Positions 19,997 through 30,970 of a stretch of DNA of 60,094 nt are shown here, in pieces. The notes below the pieces were generated by a model. That model was not told where the DNA came from. It saw only the letters and a list, made by a program, of their open reading frames with translations, and made no database searches. Made by a program: the position numbers and the translations under genes. Position 1 is the first letter of the stretch. The number at the start of each line of letters is the position of its first letter. This DNA is from an uncultured Candidatus Cloacimonadota bacterium. Its GTDB lineage: Bacteria; Cloacimonadota; Cloacimonadia; JGIOTU-2. The DNA is taken from positions 997 through 61,090 of the forward strand of contig CAYNOU010000003.1 of assembly GCA_964398885.1 (NCBI GenBank). Reading direction: 5' to 3'.

Positions 19997-21838
19997 ATGA
20001 AAAAGAAAATATTATTCTTGTTTATTGTAATTATATTAATAGGTGCAAAGTTCTCTTTTGCAGAGACAAACATTGCTGTTAAAGATACAATTTATCCTCC
20101 ACCTAATAATTTTGATGCAGTAGAAGGTTGGTATTCTATTCATCTTAGTTGGAATGAACCATCTCAAGGAAATTATAACCTAATTGGTTACAATTTATAT
20201 CGTGAAGATATTGGATTATTATTCTTTTTAAATGACATAACTTATCGATATTATTTTTATAGCGATTATATGGTTTTTTTAGGAACAGAATATACATATT
20301 GGGTGACAGCAGTATATGAAGAAGGAGAGTCTGAACCATCGAATTCTGATTCAACAATACCTTGGACTAATATTTATTGGTGGGAGGATTTTGGGATAGA
20401 TTATCATTTAATGGGTTGGACCGAGGAACCGGATACTTCTAACTGGTATTGGTCACCTGGGTATGCTCGTTTCAACTGGTCACCTCCGGTAATAAACTTT
20501 GACCATTCCCTTATCTCACCTAAATTCATTATTCCTGAATTTTCAACAAGCTGGGAAATAACTTTTTCAATGTATGCCAATGACTATCCTGAAGACTCAG
20601 GTGAGGTTTTTGAGATTATTATTGTGCATGATTCCTTAGAAGATGTTATCTGGCATTGGGATATGGATGATAATGATGATTGGGGTAGTCCAGGTGGTAC
20701 AGATTTTGTATATGAGAGTATAAATCAGTATAATGGAGAATTATGCCAGTTCAAATTCCGAGCCTATGGTGATAGTACTTATAATATCAATTATTGGTAT
20801 ATTTATTCGATATCTTCATATATAGAACTCCAGCCAGACTATGGGGCTTTAGTCGGAAGTGTTACAGAAGGTCCGGGATTTCCCATTGAAGGTTTTGCTG
20901 TTCATGCTGAGGATATCGATTATGGAAGCATATATTATAATGTATTAACAGATGAGAATGGTGAATATGCAATCAACCCAATGTTACCCGGGATATATTA
21001 TGTTTTGTTTACGAAAGAAGGATATTCTAATTTTGAGACTATTTTGGAAATACCTCCAGGTGATACTATTACATTGGATCTTATTGGTTGTATAGATATT
21101 TTAACTGTAATCCCAGAATTTATTGATACAACAATTAATATATATGAAGTTTTTACTACTAACCTAACAGCTAAAAATAATGGGATAACACCATTTGATT
21201 GGTTTGCTTATATCAATTTTAATAAGGAATTAAATGAAGGTCCAAATTGTATTGAAACATTATCTCTAAAAGAAATGAATAAATTTATTTTTAATCCTAC
21301 TATTCCTTCAAAACACACTCATCAAGATTCTTCCTGGTTATTTATTTATCCAAGTTCTGGGACACTTGAACCAGGAGATAGTTCTCTCATTGAATTAACA
21401 TTTGATGGAACTGGTCAAACACAAGGAACAGTCTTAACAGCTGATATTATATTTACCTCTGATCCAGATATTGGCACAGTCATAATTCCAGTTACACTAA
21501 CTATCACAGAATCAGGTGTTGATGATGTTCCTGATATATCTACAAAATTAAATCATAACTTCCCTAATCCATTTAGTACTTCAACCACAATTGTATTTAA
21601 TTTAGCCACGAATTTACACGAAAATACACAAATAATCATTTATAATTTAAAAGGACAATTAGTGAAAATTTTGGAGTGTGGAGAGTCTCTCTCCACAAAA
21701 GCTACGGAGGCACTTTACTCTTTATCCTGGGATGGAAAAGATGAGAATGATAAGCCAGTAAGTTCGGGCATTTATTTCTATCAACTTAAAATTGAAGAGG
21801 AAATAATTGATACTAAGAAATGTCTTTTATTAAAATAA
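19997..21838 (+). CDS. Secreted FN3-like/adhesin-like/carboxypeptidase-regulatory-like protein with T9SS-type CTD (paralogue 1)
   Basis: Signal peptide, LSW..P...GYNLYR FN3 pattern, TDENGEY motif, CTD. Confidence 0.8.
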   Translation: MKKKILFLFIVIILIGAKFSFAETNIAVKDTIYPPPNNFDAVEGWYSIHLSWNEPSQGNYNLIGYNLYREDIGLLFFLNDITYRYYFYSDYMVFLGTEYTYWVTAVYEEGESEPSNSDSTIPWTNIYWWEDFGIDYHLMGWTEEPDTSNWYWSPGYARFNWSPPVINFDHSLISPKFIIPEFSTSWEITFSMYANDYPEDSGEVFEIIIVHDSLEDVIWHWDMDDNDDWGSPGGTDFVYESINQYNGELCQFKFRAYGDSTYNINYWYIYSISSYIELQPDYGALVGSVTEGPGFPIEGFAVHAEDIDYGSIYYNVLTDENGEYAINPMLPGIYYVLFTKEGYSNFETILEIPPGDTITLDLIGCIDILTVIPEFIDTTINIYEVFTTNLTAKNNGITPFDWFAYINFNKELNEGPNCIETLSLKEMNKFIFNPTIPSKHTHQDSSWLFIYPSSGTLEPGDSSLIELTFDGTGQTQGTVLTADIIFTSDPDIGTVIIPVTLTITESGVDDVPDISTKLNHNFPNPFSTSTTIVFNLATNLHENTQIIIYNLKGQLVKILECGESLSTKATEALYSLSWDGKDENDKPVSSGIYFYQLKIEEEIIDTKKCLLLK

Positions 21839-21898
21839 TATTTCTTGACTGTAAAACTTAAATTTTTTAAGAAATAATTAATACAAAAAGGGAGGCTT

Positions 21899-24469
21899 AT
21901 GATGAAAAGGAAAATATTATTCCTGTTTATTATAATTATATTAATAGGTTCAAAATTCTCTTTTGCTGAGACAAACATTGCTATTAAAGATACAATTTTT
22001 CCTCCACCTAATAATTTTGTTGCTCAAGGATGGGGATCATGTATCTTCCTAAGCTGGGACCCACCAGATCCTAGTGGATATAATCTCCTCGGATATAATC
22101 TCTATAGGGATGATATTGGGTATATAGGTTTTATTCCTATAGAGCCAAGAGTATTTATAGATGAGTTAGTCATCATAGGGGTAGAATATACTTATATGCT
22201 GACTGCATTATATGAAGAAGGTGAGTCAGATCCCGTAACAGCTTCAGCAACACCATATCTCTCATGTGGTTGGGAAGAAGATTTTGTTGTTGATTGGCAT
22301 TTAACAGGCTGGACAACAGATCCTGTGAGTCCTAATAATTGGGAATGGGATTCTGGTTACGAAGCAGCAAAATTAAACTGGTCACCCTCAGTACCCAATT
22401 ATGATATGTCTTTGATATCTCCACAATTTGTTTTACCTCAAGATTCAACTCATATATTTGATTTAACAATAAATATGTATATAGATGATTATAGTGCAGA
22501 TTCAAGCGAAGTGATGGAAATATGGATAATTCATGATGGACAGGAGACAATGATATTTGAGTGGGATTTGGATGAAAACGATGACTGGGGTTCTTCAGGT
22601 GGAACAGATTGGGTATATTCCGATATGGATCAATTCGCAGGGGAGACAATTCAATTGAAGTTCCGTTCACATGGTAGCGATACATTCAATTTTAATTACT
22701 GGTATATTTATATGGTATGGTTTGATTTCATATATATTCCTGATTATGGTGCATTGCAAGGAACAGTTACGGATGGTTCTGGTAATCCTCTTGAAAATGT
22801 TTCTGTGCATGCTGAAGACAATATAGGAGGAGTTCCATATTACAATGTTTTAACAAATGAAGCTGGTGAATATTCTATAGACACTATGATGACTGGAACA
22901 TATGATATTACTTTTGAATTAGAACACTATAATGTTATGGTTGAAGAAGATGTTGAAATTCTTCCTAATCAAACTACGACACTAAATATGATAATGACTG
23001 CACCTACAATGTCAATATATCCAACTTATATAGATACGAGTATGGTTCCAAATACCCTGCTTACAGTCTATCTGACAATTAGCAATGATGGTGATGGACC
23101 ATTACATTGGTTTGCGAATATTGTATTTCCAGAGTTATTGAAAAGAGATATCCAGAATTTCATAAATGTATCATTCCCCAAAGAAAAAATAAAATTAGAT
23201 AACACTCCAATTGATCGTCCAAGTTATGTAGAGGAATGTCCTTATCAAACAACTTCAAATTATCCCCCTACAAAGGATATCTTGGATTTATTATTTGCGT
23301 ATGATGTAGATACTCCTTCTGGAGGGATAGGTATAGCAGGAGCAGAATTTGGCAATGGATATTTCTTAGTATCAGAGTGGGGTCATTCAAGCAGGAATGT
23401 ATTCAAGTTTGATGTAAATGGCAACTATATTAGCAGTTGGGAACCGACATGGATACAAGGACCAACAGGCTTAAGAGATATGGCATTTGATGGAGAATAT
23501 TTCTATGGTTCAAATGCAGAAAATACGATATACTCGTTTGATGAAGATGGAAATCTACAAGGCACAATAAATTCACCAGCAGCAGTAAGATCAATTGCTT
23601 ATGATGAGGATAATGATGCATTCTGGGTAAATAACTGGAGTTCAGATTTAAAGCTTGTAGATAGGTCAGGTAATGTGCTTAATACTATATTCGCACCACC
23701 AAGTATGTATGGTTCAGCTTATGATAATATAACACCTGGTGGACCGTATCTCTGGATATTCACAGGCACTTCTACTGGAGCTGGATGTCAGGTAGAGCAA
23801 TATAACCTTAACACCTTAGCTCTTACAGGAGTAAGCCATAGTGTAAGTGGAGATTTTCCTGGCACAATAGCTGGTGGTTTGTTTGCATCAGGAGATATTG
23901 TACCTGGAAGATGGGTACTTGGAGGATTAGCTCAAGGTACACCTGATATCTTGTTCGGTTATGAGCTTGGTTATTGGCCACCTCCTCCACCTCCAATGCA
24001 AGGAATAATAGAAGCTGGACAAAGTTATGATTGGCCACTTAGAATGAATAGTGCTGGTCAAACACCAGGAACAATCTTAACAACTGATATTATATTTACA
24101 TCTGAACCAGATGTGGGCACAATTACTATTCCGGTTACACTTACTATAATAGGATCAGGTGTTGATGATGTTCCTGATATATCTACCAAATTAAACCAGA
24201 ACTATCCTAACCCTTTTAATTCTTCTACAATGATTTCTTTTAATTTAGCCACAAAATCACACGAAAAAGCACAAATAAAAATTTATAATATTAAAGGGCA
24301 GCTTGTAAAAACTTTTACACCAATGACAAATGACAAATGTCCAATGACTACAATTGAATGGGACGGCAAAGATGAAAATGGCAAACCAGTAAGTTCAGGT
24401 ATTTATTTTTATAGACTAAAGATAGGTGATAAAGTTATAGATACCAAAAGGTGTTTGCTTTTGAGATGA
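21899..24469 (+). CDS. Paralogue 2, with an extra ~240-aa propeller-like block
   Basis: Same signal peptide and domains as the 19997 gene, plus a GLRDMAFDG/SIAYD repeat block and CTD. Confidence 0.8.
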   Translation: MMKRKILFLFIIIILIGSKFSFAETNIAIKDTIFPPPNNFVAQGWGSCIFLSWDPPDPSGYNLLGYNLYRDDIGYIGFIPIEPRVFIDELVIIGVEYTYMLTALYEEGESDPVTASATPYLSCGWEEDFVVDWHLTGWTTDPVSPNNWEWDSGYEAAKLNWSPSVPNYDMSLISPQFVLPQDSTHIFDLTINMYIDDYSADSSEVMEIWIIHDGQETMIFEWDLDENDDWGSSGGTDWVYSDMDQFAGETIQLKFRSHGSDTFNFNYWYIYMVWFDFIYIPDYGALQGTVTDGSGNPLENVSVHAEDNIGGVPYYNVLTNEAGEYSIDTMMTGTYDITFELEHYNVMVEEDVEILPNQTTTLNMIMTAPTMSIYPTYIDTSMVPNTLLTVYLTISNDGDGPLHWFANIVFPELLKRDIQNFINVSFPKEKIKLDNTPIDRPSYVEECPYQTTSNYPPTKDILDLLFAYDVDTPSGGIGIAGAEFGNGYFLVSEWGHSSRNVFKFDVNGNYISSWEPTWIQGPTGLRDMAFDGEYFYGSNAENTIYSFDEDGNLQGTINSPAAVRSIAYDEDNDAFWVNNWSSDLKLVDRSGNVLNTIFAPPSMYGSAYDNITPGGPYLWIFTGTSTGAGCQVEQYNLNTLALTGVSHSVSGDFPGTIAGGLFASGDIVPGRWVLGGLAQGTPDILFGYELGYWPPPPPPMQGIIEAGQSYDWPLRMNSAGQTPGTILTTDIIFTSEPDVGTITIPVTLTIIGSGVDDVPDISTKLNQNYPNPFNSSTMISFNLATKSHEKAQIKIYNIKGQLVKTFTPMTNDKCPMTTIEWDGKDENGKPVSSGIYFYRLKIGDKVIDTKRCLLLR

Positions 24470-24531
24470 TAAAATATTACTAGGCACTTTCCCTGAAATG
24501 TCCATTTATAATTAAAGGATATTAGTAATAA

Positions 24532-27500
24532 GTGAACAATAAAACAAAATTACTTATCTTAATTGGCTTTGTATTTATCCTTTGTTTTTCAAATAATCTT
24601 TTTGGGGTTTTCAACTCACGGGAAGAGATTATTGAAAATTTTGATGATGGTGAAGTTGAACTGCTTTCTTATCCCGGAGAAGATGAAGACCCGGATGACT
24701 GGGCTTTGGACTCAACTATTACCTACAATAACTCACCATACTCACTTAAACTTTTCGGAAATACCTGGAAAATAGAAATGATTGAACCTACTGTAGTTGA
24801 TTCTGACGATGTCTGGCAAGTTTCTGCTTATGTACAAACACTGGGAGAAATTCAAGGTTTTGGTGTTATGGATTCTACCAATGTTTTGTTGTATTCTCTC
24901 GCTGGAACAGAGGAGCTAAATATTGAAGAATGGGTAACTGTGTATCAAGGTACTTTTCCATTACAGACCTGGAATATTTATCAACTTCCAATTGCAGATG
25001 ATTGGTTTGCATGGTTTGATTATTTGCCTTTAATTACTGGTATAATTTTCATAAATGATAGAGATGTGACTCCAACCGGAATAGTCTATTTTGATGAAAT
25101 CATAAATATAACAAATGATTTACCAATTCCTCCTCAAGTTGAAATAAGCTATACCATTGGAAAGATTTATAGAAATTCCAAAGGAAAGAGAAGTGTGGAT
25201 GTCCAATTTTACGGAGAGGTTTTTGACCCAGACAGCGATGAGCATCAGTTTTTCTGGAATTTCGGAGATGATTCAACAAGCACTGAACAAAACCCTTTCC
25301 ACACTTTTTTAGTTCAAGATGACCATCCTTACACTGTATTGTTAGAAGTTGTGGATGATACTGACTTATGGGGACAGGCGACTTGCCAGATTGAAGTTGA
25401 CCCTGGTCCTACTACTTTTCCCATAACAATGAATTTTATCGGCGATATTATGCTTGCAAGAGGTTATGAACAAACAATTATTCCTAATCAGGGAGTAGAG
25501 GCTATATTTGAACCTACTCTTTCTATACTGGGAGAGGCAGCTGATATTACAGTTGCTAATCTGGAGTGTCCTCTTACTACTTATAATGTGCATCATCCCA
25601 CAAAGCCTATCTATTTTAGAGGCTCTCCTGAAAATGTGGCTGGACTTGTCTATGCAGGGATTAATGTGGTGAATCTTGCCAATAACCACATTCTTGATTA
25701 TATGCTACATGGAATTCAGGAAACACAATCTGTTTTAGAAGAGAATTGTATTGCCTTTTCTGGTGCTGGTGCAAATTCTTACGAAGTATATTTGCCACTT
25801 TTCTACTCCAAATCTGGTATAAGTATTGCTTTACTCGCTTCAAGTGACAGAACAGGTCAATACAATAATTATCAACCATATCTGAATGCTGGTTATAATA
25901 AATCAGGCTTTGCTTATATGACACCATATTACATAACTCAACAAATAAATGCTATTGAGGATTATGCTGACCTTATAGTCGTAGAGATGCATGCAGGTAG
26001 TGAATATTCATTATCTCCAGGCAGTAATTATGATAAATCCGATGTGTTTGCAGGTTGGGACCCTGAAGATTTTAATGAAGATGAAGATTATACACCTCGT
26101 ATAGATATTCCTCATATGTGGGATATTGCAATCAGGCATTTTGCTATTGATTCAGGAGCAGATTTAGTTATCTGTCATCATCCACATATTATTCAAGGTT
26201 TTGAAGTATATAATGGAAAATTGATTGCTCATTCTTTGGGAAATTTTGCCTTTGACCTAAGCTATGCTGAAACTTTCCCATCAATGATTCTAAATGCAAA
26301 AATCAATGAAACGGGATTTTATGAATATTCAGTCACCCCAGTTTATATTGATGATTGGATTCCTGTTCCTGCACAGGGAGAGTTGGGCATTTATATTTTA
26401 GACTATCTTGCGAGACGCTCAAAAGATTTAGGAACTTATCTATATGTTGATAGAGAAAATATAACTGCAGACATTATATTGGATACAATTAATATGGAAA
26501 TAAATACAGAGATATATGAACAAGATTTTCAATTATATGAGGATGATGGTTTCTGGATATCAAAACCTATGTGTCTCCAAAAAGATGGAAGTATCTCTTC
26601 AATTAATTCTATTACTCCAGCAAACAATTGGGAATATCGTCTTGGCAGGGAAATAATCTGGTTTGGAAATTTTGAAGATGAAGGATGCTCACTCTGGAAT
26701 GTGAACAGTTCAGATGAATGGTATGATAGCACTGAAGTTTATGCCGGTAATCGCTCTCTTTGTCATAGACGCTATCCAGACTCTGGAGATAATATCATTA
26801 CGAATTTTGAGAAAAGAATAAAATGCTATTCAGACACAACAAGTTATTCTCTCTATGGTCATATTAAAACTCAGAATGGTGCAGAGGTGACTGTTGAAAT
26901 AAGGTATTATTATTCCAGATTTGGCTCCTACTATCTTGGTTCTGATGATATTGGAGAATGGATTAGCGGCGATTCTGAATGGACATTCTATCATAATGAA
27001 TTAACTCTTCCAACAAGCACACATTTTTTTGATATTCGTTTGAATAGCAACTGTCCTGATACTGGAGTAGCTTATTCCTGGTTTGACAATGTTGGCATTA
27101 TTGAATGGACAGCATGGCAGCCTGCTGATATGCCAGTGAATATCACAAATCCCAATGACTATTATTTTATTCAAATCAAGACAGATACACAAGAAGAATA
27201 TGCTTTTATCACATATACAGAGACGAATTATGGTGAAGGTCCTCATGTTTCAATTGAAGATAACCTTTTAAGTAAACAAACCAATGGTAGATTATATCAG
27301 AACTACCCCAATCCATTTAGTCCCCGATTTAATCGGGGATCAACCACAATCTCTTTTAATTTAGCCACCAGTCTTCGCTACGCTACGCCCCGGCAGGCGG
27401 AGAACGCACAAGTAACAATTTATAACATAAAAGGGCAACTTATAAAAACTCTCATCCCAATGACAAATGACCAATGTCCAATGACTAAAGTTGTTTGGGA

Positions 27501-27606
27501 TGGAAAAGACGATAATGGTAAATTTGTAAGTTCAGGGATTTATTTATATCAATTAAAATTAGATGATAAAGTTGTTGATACAAAGAAGTGTTTGCTTTTA
27601 AAATAG
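24532..27606 (+). CDS. CapA/PGA_cap metallophosphatase-family protein with PKD domain and T9SS-type CTD
   Basis: PKD motif WNFGD..STEQNP.H; CapA motifs GDIM, NLE, LANNH, HAGSEY, HHPH, SLGNF; CTD. Confidence 0.85.
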   Translation: MNNKTKLLILIGFVFILCFSNNLFGVFNSREEIIENFDDGEVELLSYPGEDEDPDDWALDSTITYNNSPYSLKLFGNTWKIEMIEPTVVDSDDVWQVSAYVQTLGEIQGFGVMDSTNVLLYSLAGTEELNIEEWVTVYQGTFPLQTWNIYQLPIADDWFAWFDYLPLITGIIFINDRDVTPTGIVYFDEIINITNDLPIPPQVEISYTIGKIYRNSKGKRSVDVQFYGEVFDPDSDEHQFFWNFGDDSTSTEQNPFHTFLVQDDHPYTVLLEVVDDTDLWGQATCQIEVDPGPTTFPITMNFIGDIMLARGYEQTIIPNQGVEAIFEPTLSILGEAADITVANLECPLTTYNVHHPTKPIYFRGSPENVAGLVYAGINVVNLANNHILDYMLHGIQETQSVLEENCIAFSGAGANSYEVYLPLFYSKSGISIALLASSDRTGQYNNYQPYLNAGYNKSGFAYMTPYYITQQINAIEDYADLIVVEMHAGSEYSLSPGSNYDKSDVFAGWDPEDFNEDEDYTPRIDIPHMWDIAIRHFAIDSGADLVICHHPHIIQGFEVYNGKLIAHSLGNFAFDLSYAETFPSMILNAKINETGFYEYSVTPVYIDDWIPVPAQGELGIYILDYLARRSKDLGTYLYVDRENITADIILDTINMEINTEIYEQDFQLYEDDGFWISKPMCLQKDGSISSINSITPANNWEYRLGREIIWFGNFEDEGCSLWNVNSSDEWYDSTEVYAGNRSLCHRRYPDSGDNIITNFEKRIKCYSDTTSYSLYGHIKTQNGAEVTVEIRYYYSRFGSYYLGSDDIGEWISGDSEWTFYHNELTLPTSTHFFDIRLNSNCPDTGVAYSWFDNVGIIEWTAWQPADMPVNITNPNDYYFIQIKTDTQEEYAFITYTETNYGEGPHVSIEDNLLSKQTNGRLYQNYPNPFSPRFNRGSTTISFNLATSLRYATPRQAENAQVTIYNIKGQLIKTLIPMTNDQCPMTKVVWDGKDDNGKFVSSGIYLYQLKLDDKVVDTKKCLLLK

Positions 27607-27652
27607 TAAAATATTAATGAATTTTAAGGAAAATAATTAGAGAGGAAATAAA

Positions 27653-28818
27653 ATGAAGAGAATATCTATTGTACCTTTAATTAGCATACTGTTATTATTT
27701 GTACCATTATTGGTAAATTTCATACATGCCGAACAATCATGGCAAGTTACAAATAAACATCGGGATATATGGGGACCTTGGGTAGAAACTCAATGGGGTC
27801 AGGAATATCCTTATAACATACTCTGTCCGCTTAATCCTTATGGAGGTCGCAGATGTATAGTAGGTCTTCTGCCTTTAGTAATAGCACAAATAATTAATTA
27901 CCATAAATACATTAATGATGCGAATTTTGATGATGATGACGATTATTATTCAAATCCTATCTACATTGATGATGACTATGAGATTTATGATTTTCCTTCC
28001 TTTCCAGAATTAAATGTATATCTTGACCAGATAAGAGATTATTATTCTAACAATAACTGTCTTACTGATACCTTGATAGCAGCTTTAAATTTTGCTTGTG
28101 GAGTATCTGTGGAACATCAATATGTTTTTGGTGGAGATATGTTCTAATAAATGCCTGTTCAGCTCTCTTAAATAAATTTGGGTATACTACAGCTAATTAT
28201 ACTCAGGCAATAAATTCAGGTTTTTATTCTGCTCTTTCTACAGATATGATGGAAGCTCGTCCAGCTATGCTGGGGATTTCAGGGTCAGATGGCGGTCATC
28301 TGGTTATTTGTGATGGCTATAACAGTGATGAAGATACTTACCATCTCAATTTTGGCTGGAATGGTGGCGGTGATGGATGGTATTCTCTACCTGCTGGAAT
28401 GCCTTTTGGATTTAATGTTATTAATGCAGCCATAATAAATATTGATAGCCCATCACAGGGTGCAAACGATACCCCTCATCAAGATTTCATTTTTCAGAAC
28501 TTCCCGAATCCATTCAGCAGTTCCACCACAGTTTCTTTTAATTTAGCCACCAGTCTTCGCTACGCTACGCCCCGGCAGGCGGAGAACGCACAAGTAACAA
28601 TTTATAACATAAAAGGGCAACTTATAAAAACTCTCATCCCAATGACAAATGACCAATGTCCAATGACTAAAGTTGTCTGGGATGGAAAGGATGAAAGCGG
28701 GAAACCAGTAGCTTCAGGTATTTATTTTTATAGATTATCCACCAGAGGTGAATCCGCCTCAGGCGGAAAATTAGGTGATAAAGTAATAGATACAAAGAAA
28801 TGTTTATTATTAAAGTAA
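27653..28818 (+). pseudogene. Peptidase C10 (streptopain)-like gene with CTD, frameshifted near 28110-28147
   Basis: First frame has QWGQEYPYN and AQIINYH. Second frame has GHLVICDGY, HLNFGW and the CTD. Confidence 0.8.
28738..28767. repeat. 30-bp TCCGCC-family cassette in frame in a CTD
   Basis: TCCACC-AGA-GGTGAA-TCCGCC-TCA-GGCGGA encodes STRGESASGG. Confidence 0.85.
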
Positions 28819-28863
28819 TGAAAAATGTCAAAACAATAATAATTTAAAAAGGAAGGAAGAAAA

Positions 28864-30855
28864 ATGGGGAAAAGAATTTTTATCATAATCAGTTTATTAT
28901 TTGCCACCGCTATCTCTTTTGCTGATACCCATATCCCTGGTGGAGATGTTAGTGGTATCTGGTCAATTAGTGGTAGTCCGTATTTTATTGATGATGAAAT
29001 AACTATCACTAATGATTCAACTCTTATTATTGGACCTGGAGTAGAAATTATTTTTACAGGACATTATAAATTCAGTATACAAGGTAGATTATTAGCTATA
29101 GGAGCAGAAAATGATACTATTTTGTTTACAGTTAACGACACAACTGGTTTTTCTAACATACAAGTATCAAATGGTGGCTGGCATGGGATTAGATTTGATA
29201 ATACCCCTGCTTCTAATGATTCTTCTAAAATTATGTACTGCAAAATAGAGTATGGTAAAGCTATAGGTAATGGCCATGATAGATATGGAGGTGCAATTTA
29301 TGTAAGAAATTTTTCTAAACTTCTTATTTTATCTAACAGAATAGAGAATAACCTCTCCAGCTTCTATGGTTGTGCAATTTACTGTCATTACTCTAGTCCA
29401 ATTATAGAAAATAATAATATAATCAATAACAATTCAGACTTTACTGGAGGAGGACTTTCTTTATGGTATTCTGATGCAATTGTAAAAGGGAATGTAATAA
29501 GTTATAATTATGGGAATGGAATTTGTACAACTCGTGATTCTCATCCAATTATAATAAATAATATAATTGACCATAATCATCATGCTGGTAACGGGATTGC
29601 ATGCTTTTCTAGCGCTGTGATAAAAAACAATACAATAAGTCATAACGATGGAACTGGGATTTACTGTGGATCCAGCAATATAATTATAGACAATAATGTA
29701 ATATATAACAATGATGGTTATTGTGGTGGAGGTATCCGCCTTTTAATGGGTGAAGATATTATAATTATTAAGAATACTATAGCCAATAATAATGCTGAGA
29801 TTTCTGGTGACGGTATTTATTGTGCAGGAACCAGCCCCAATATTATAAATAATATATTATGGAATAATATGTCTGAAAGTATTTACAATCAAGTATATAT
29901 TACTGATTATTATGATCTTGGTCAAGGTATTCTTTATGAAGCTGACCCAAATTTTTTCTATTCTGATATACAAGGAGGTATAGACGATTTTGTATTTGGA
30001 GGTAACACGAATTATGAGGGGGCATACGAAAACAATATAGATTCTGATCCCAAATTTGTTGATATAATCAATGGAGATTTTCATCTAAGTTGGACAAACT
30101 ACCCAATACTTGACTCAACAAAATCTCCCTGTATAGATGCAGGTGATCCAAATTTGCCATTTGACCCAGATGGAACAATTTCAGATATAGGTGCATTTTA
30201 TTTTGATCAAAGTATATTAGAACTAACTACTTTTATAGCAACTTATGTTGATGATAATATTCTCATCTGCTGGACTACAGCAACAGAGACAGGTGTTGTT
30301 GCTTTTAACATTTATCGTAATACAGAAGATGTTTATCAAACAGCAGATTGGATTAATGTTGATAGAATTCCTGGACATGGAACTACATCTGAACCGAATG
30401 AATATCAATTTGTTGATGATACTTTCGTGCCTGATACTATATATTATTATTGGCTTGAGGTGATAGGGTATTGGGGTGGAACTTATGTCTATGGTTCTAT
30501 TGTATATGTTCCTCCTGTGGATATGGATGAACATAGTTTATGTAACACTTTCTACCTTTCTCAGAACGCCCCCAATCCATTCAATACTTTAACCACAATT
30601 TCTTTTTCAACCACGAATTTACGTAACTCGTCCGCCAACTGGCGGAGATTACCACAGATAAAAATATATAATATCAAAGGTCAGCTTATAAAACAATTCA
30701 TAATTCATCCCGATTATAATCGGGAAAAAATTAATGAAGTTAGGTGGGATGGAAAAGATGAAAATGGCAAACCAATAAATTCAGGCATTTACTTCTATCA
30801 ACTTAAAATTGGGAATAACATAATAGATACTAAGAAATGTATATTTTTAAAATAA
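28864..30855 (+). CDS. Secreted right-handed parallel beta-helix protein with T9SS-type CTD
   Basis: Asn-rich I.NN.I..N...GGGI repeats, SPCIDAG, DIGAF, CTD. Confidence 0.85.
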   Translation: MGKRIFIIISLLFATAISFADTHIPGGDVSGIWSISGSPYFIDDEITITNDSTLIIGPGVEIIFTGHYKFSIQGRLLAIGAENDTILFTVNDTTGFSNIQVSNGGWHGIRFDNTPASNDSSKIMYCKIEYGKAIGNGHDRYGGAIYVRNFSKLLILSNRIENNLSSFYGCAIYCHYSSPIIENNNIINNNSDFTGGGLSLWYSDAIVKGNVISYNYGNGICTTRDSHPIIINNIIDHNHHAGNGIACFSSAVIKNNTISHNDGTGIYCGSSNIIIDNNVIYNNDGYCGGGIRLLMGEDIIIIKNTIANNNAEISGDGIYCAGTSPNIINNILWNNMSESIYNQVYITDYYDLGQGILYEADPNFFYSDIQGGIDDFVFGGNTNYEGAYENNIDSDPKFVDIINGDFHLSWTNYPILDSTKSPCIDAGDPNLPFDPDGTISDIGAFYFDQSILELTTFIATYVDDNILICWTTATETGVVAFNIYRNTEDVYQTADWINVDRIPGHGTTSEPNEYQFVDDTFVPDTIYYYWLEVIGYWGGTYVYGSIVYVPPVDMDEHSLCNTFYLSQNAPNPFNTLTTISFSTTNLRNSSANWRRLPQIKIYNIKGQLIKQFIIHPDYNREKINEVRWDGKDENGKPINSGIYFYQLKIGNNIIDTKKCIFLK

Positions 30856-30970
30856 TAATTTGAGTAATAGGAGTTTAACCTCAATAAGTATATCAAATAA
30901 AATCAAAAATAATATTTCTTGACTATAAAATCTAAATTTTAAGAAATAATTACAAGAAAAAGGGAGGCTT

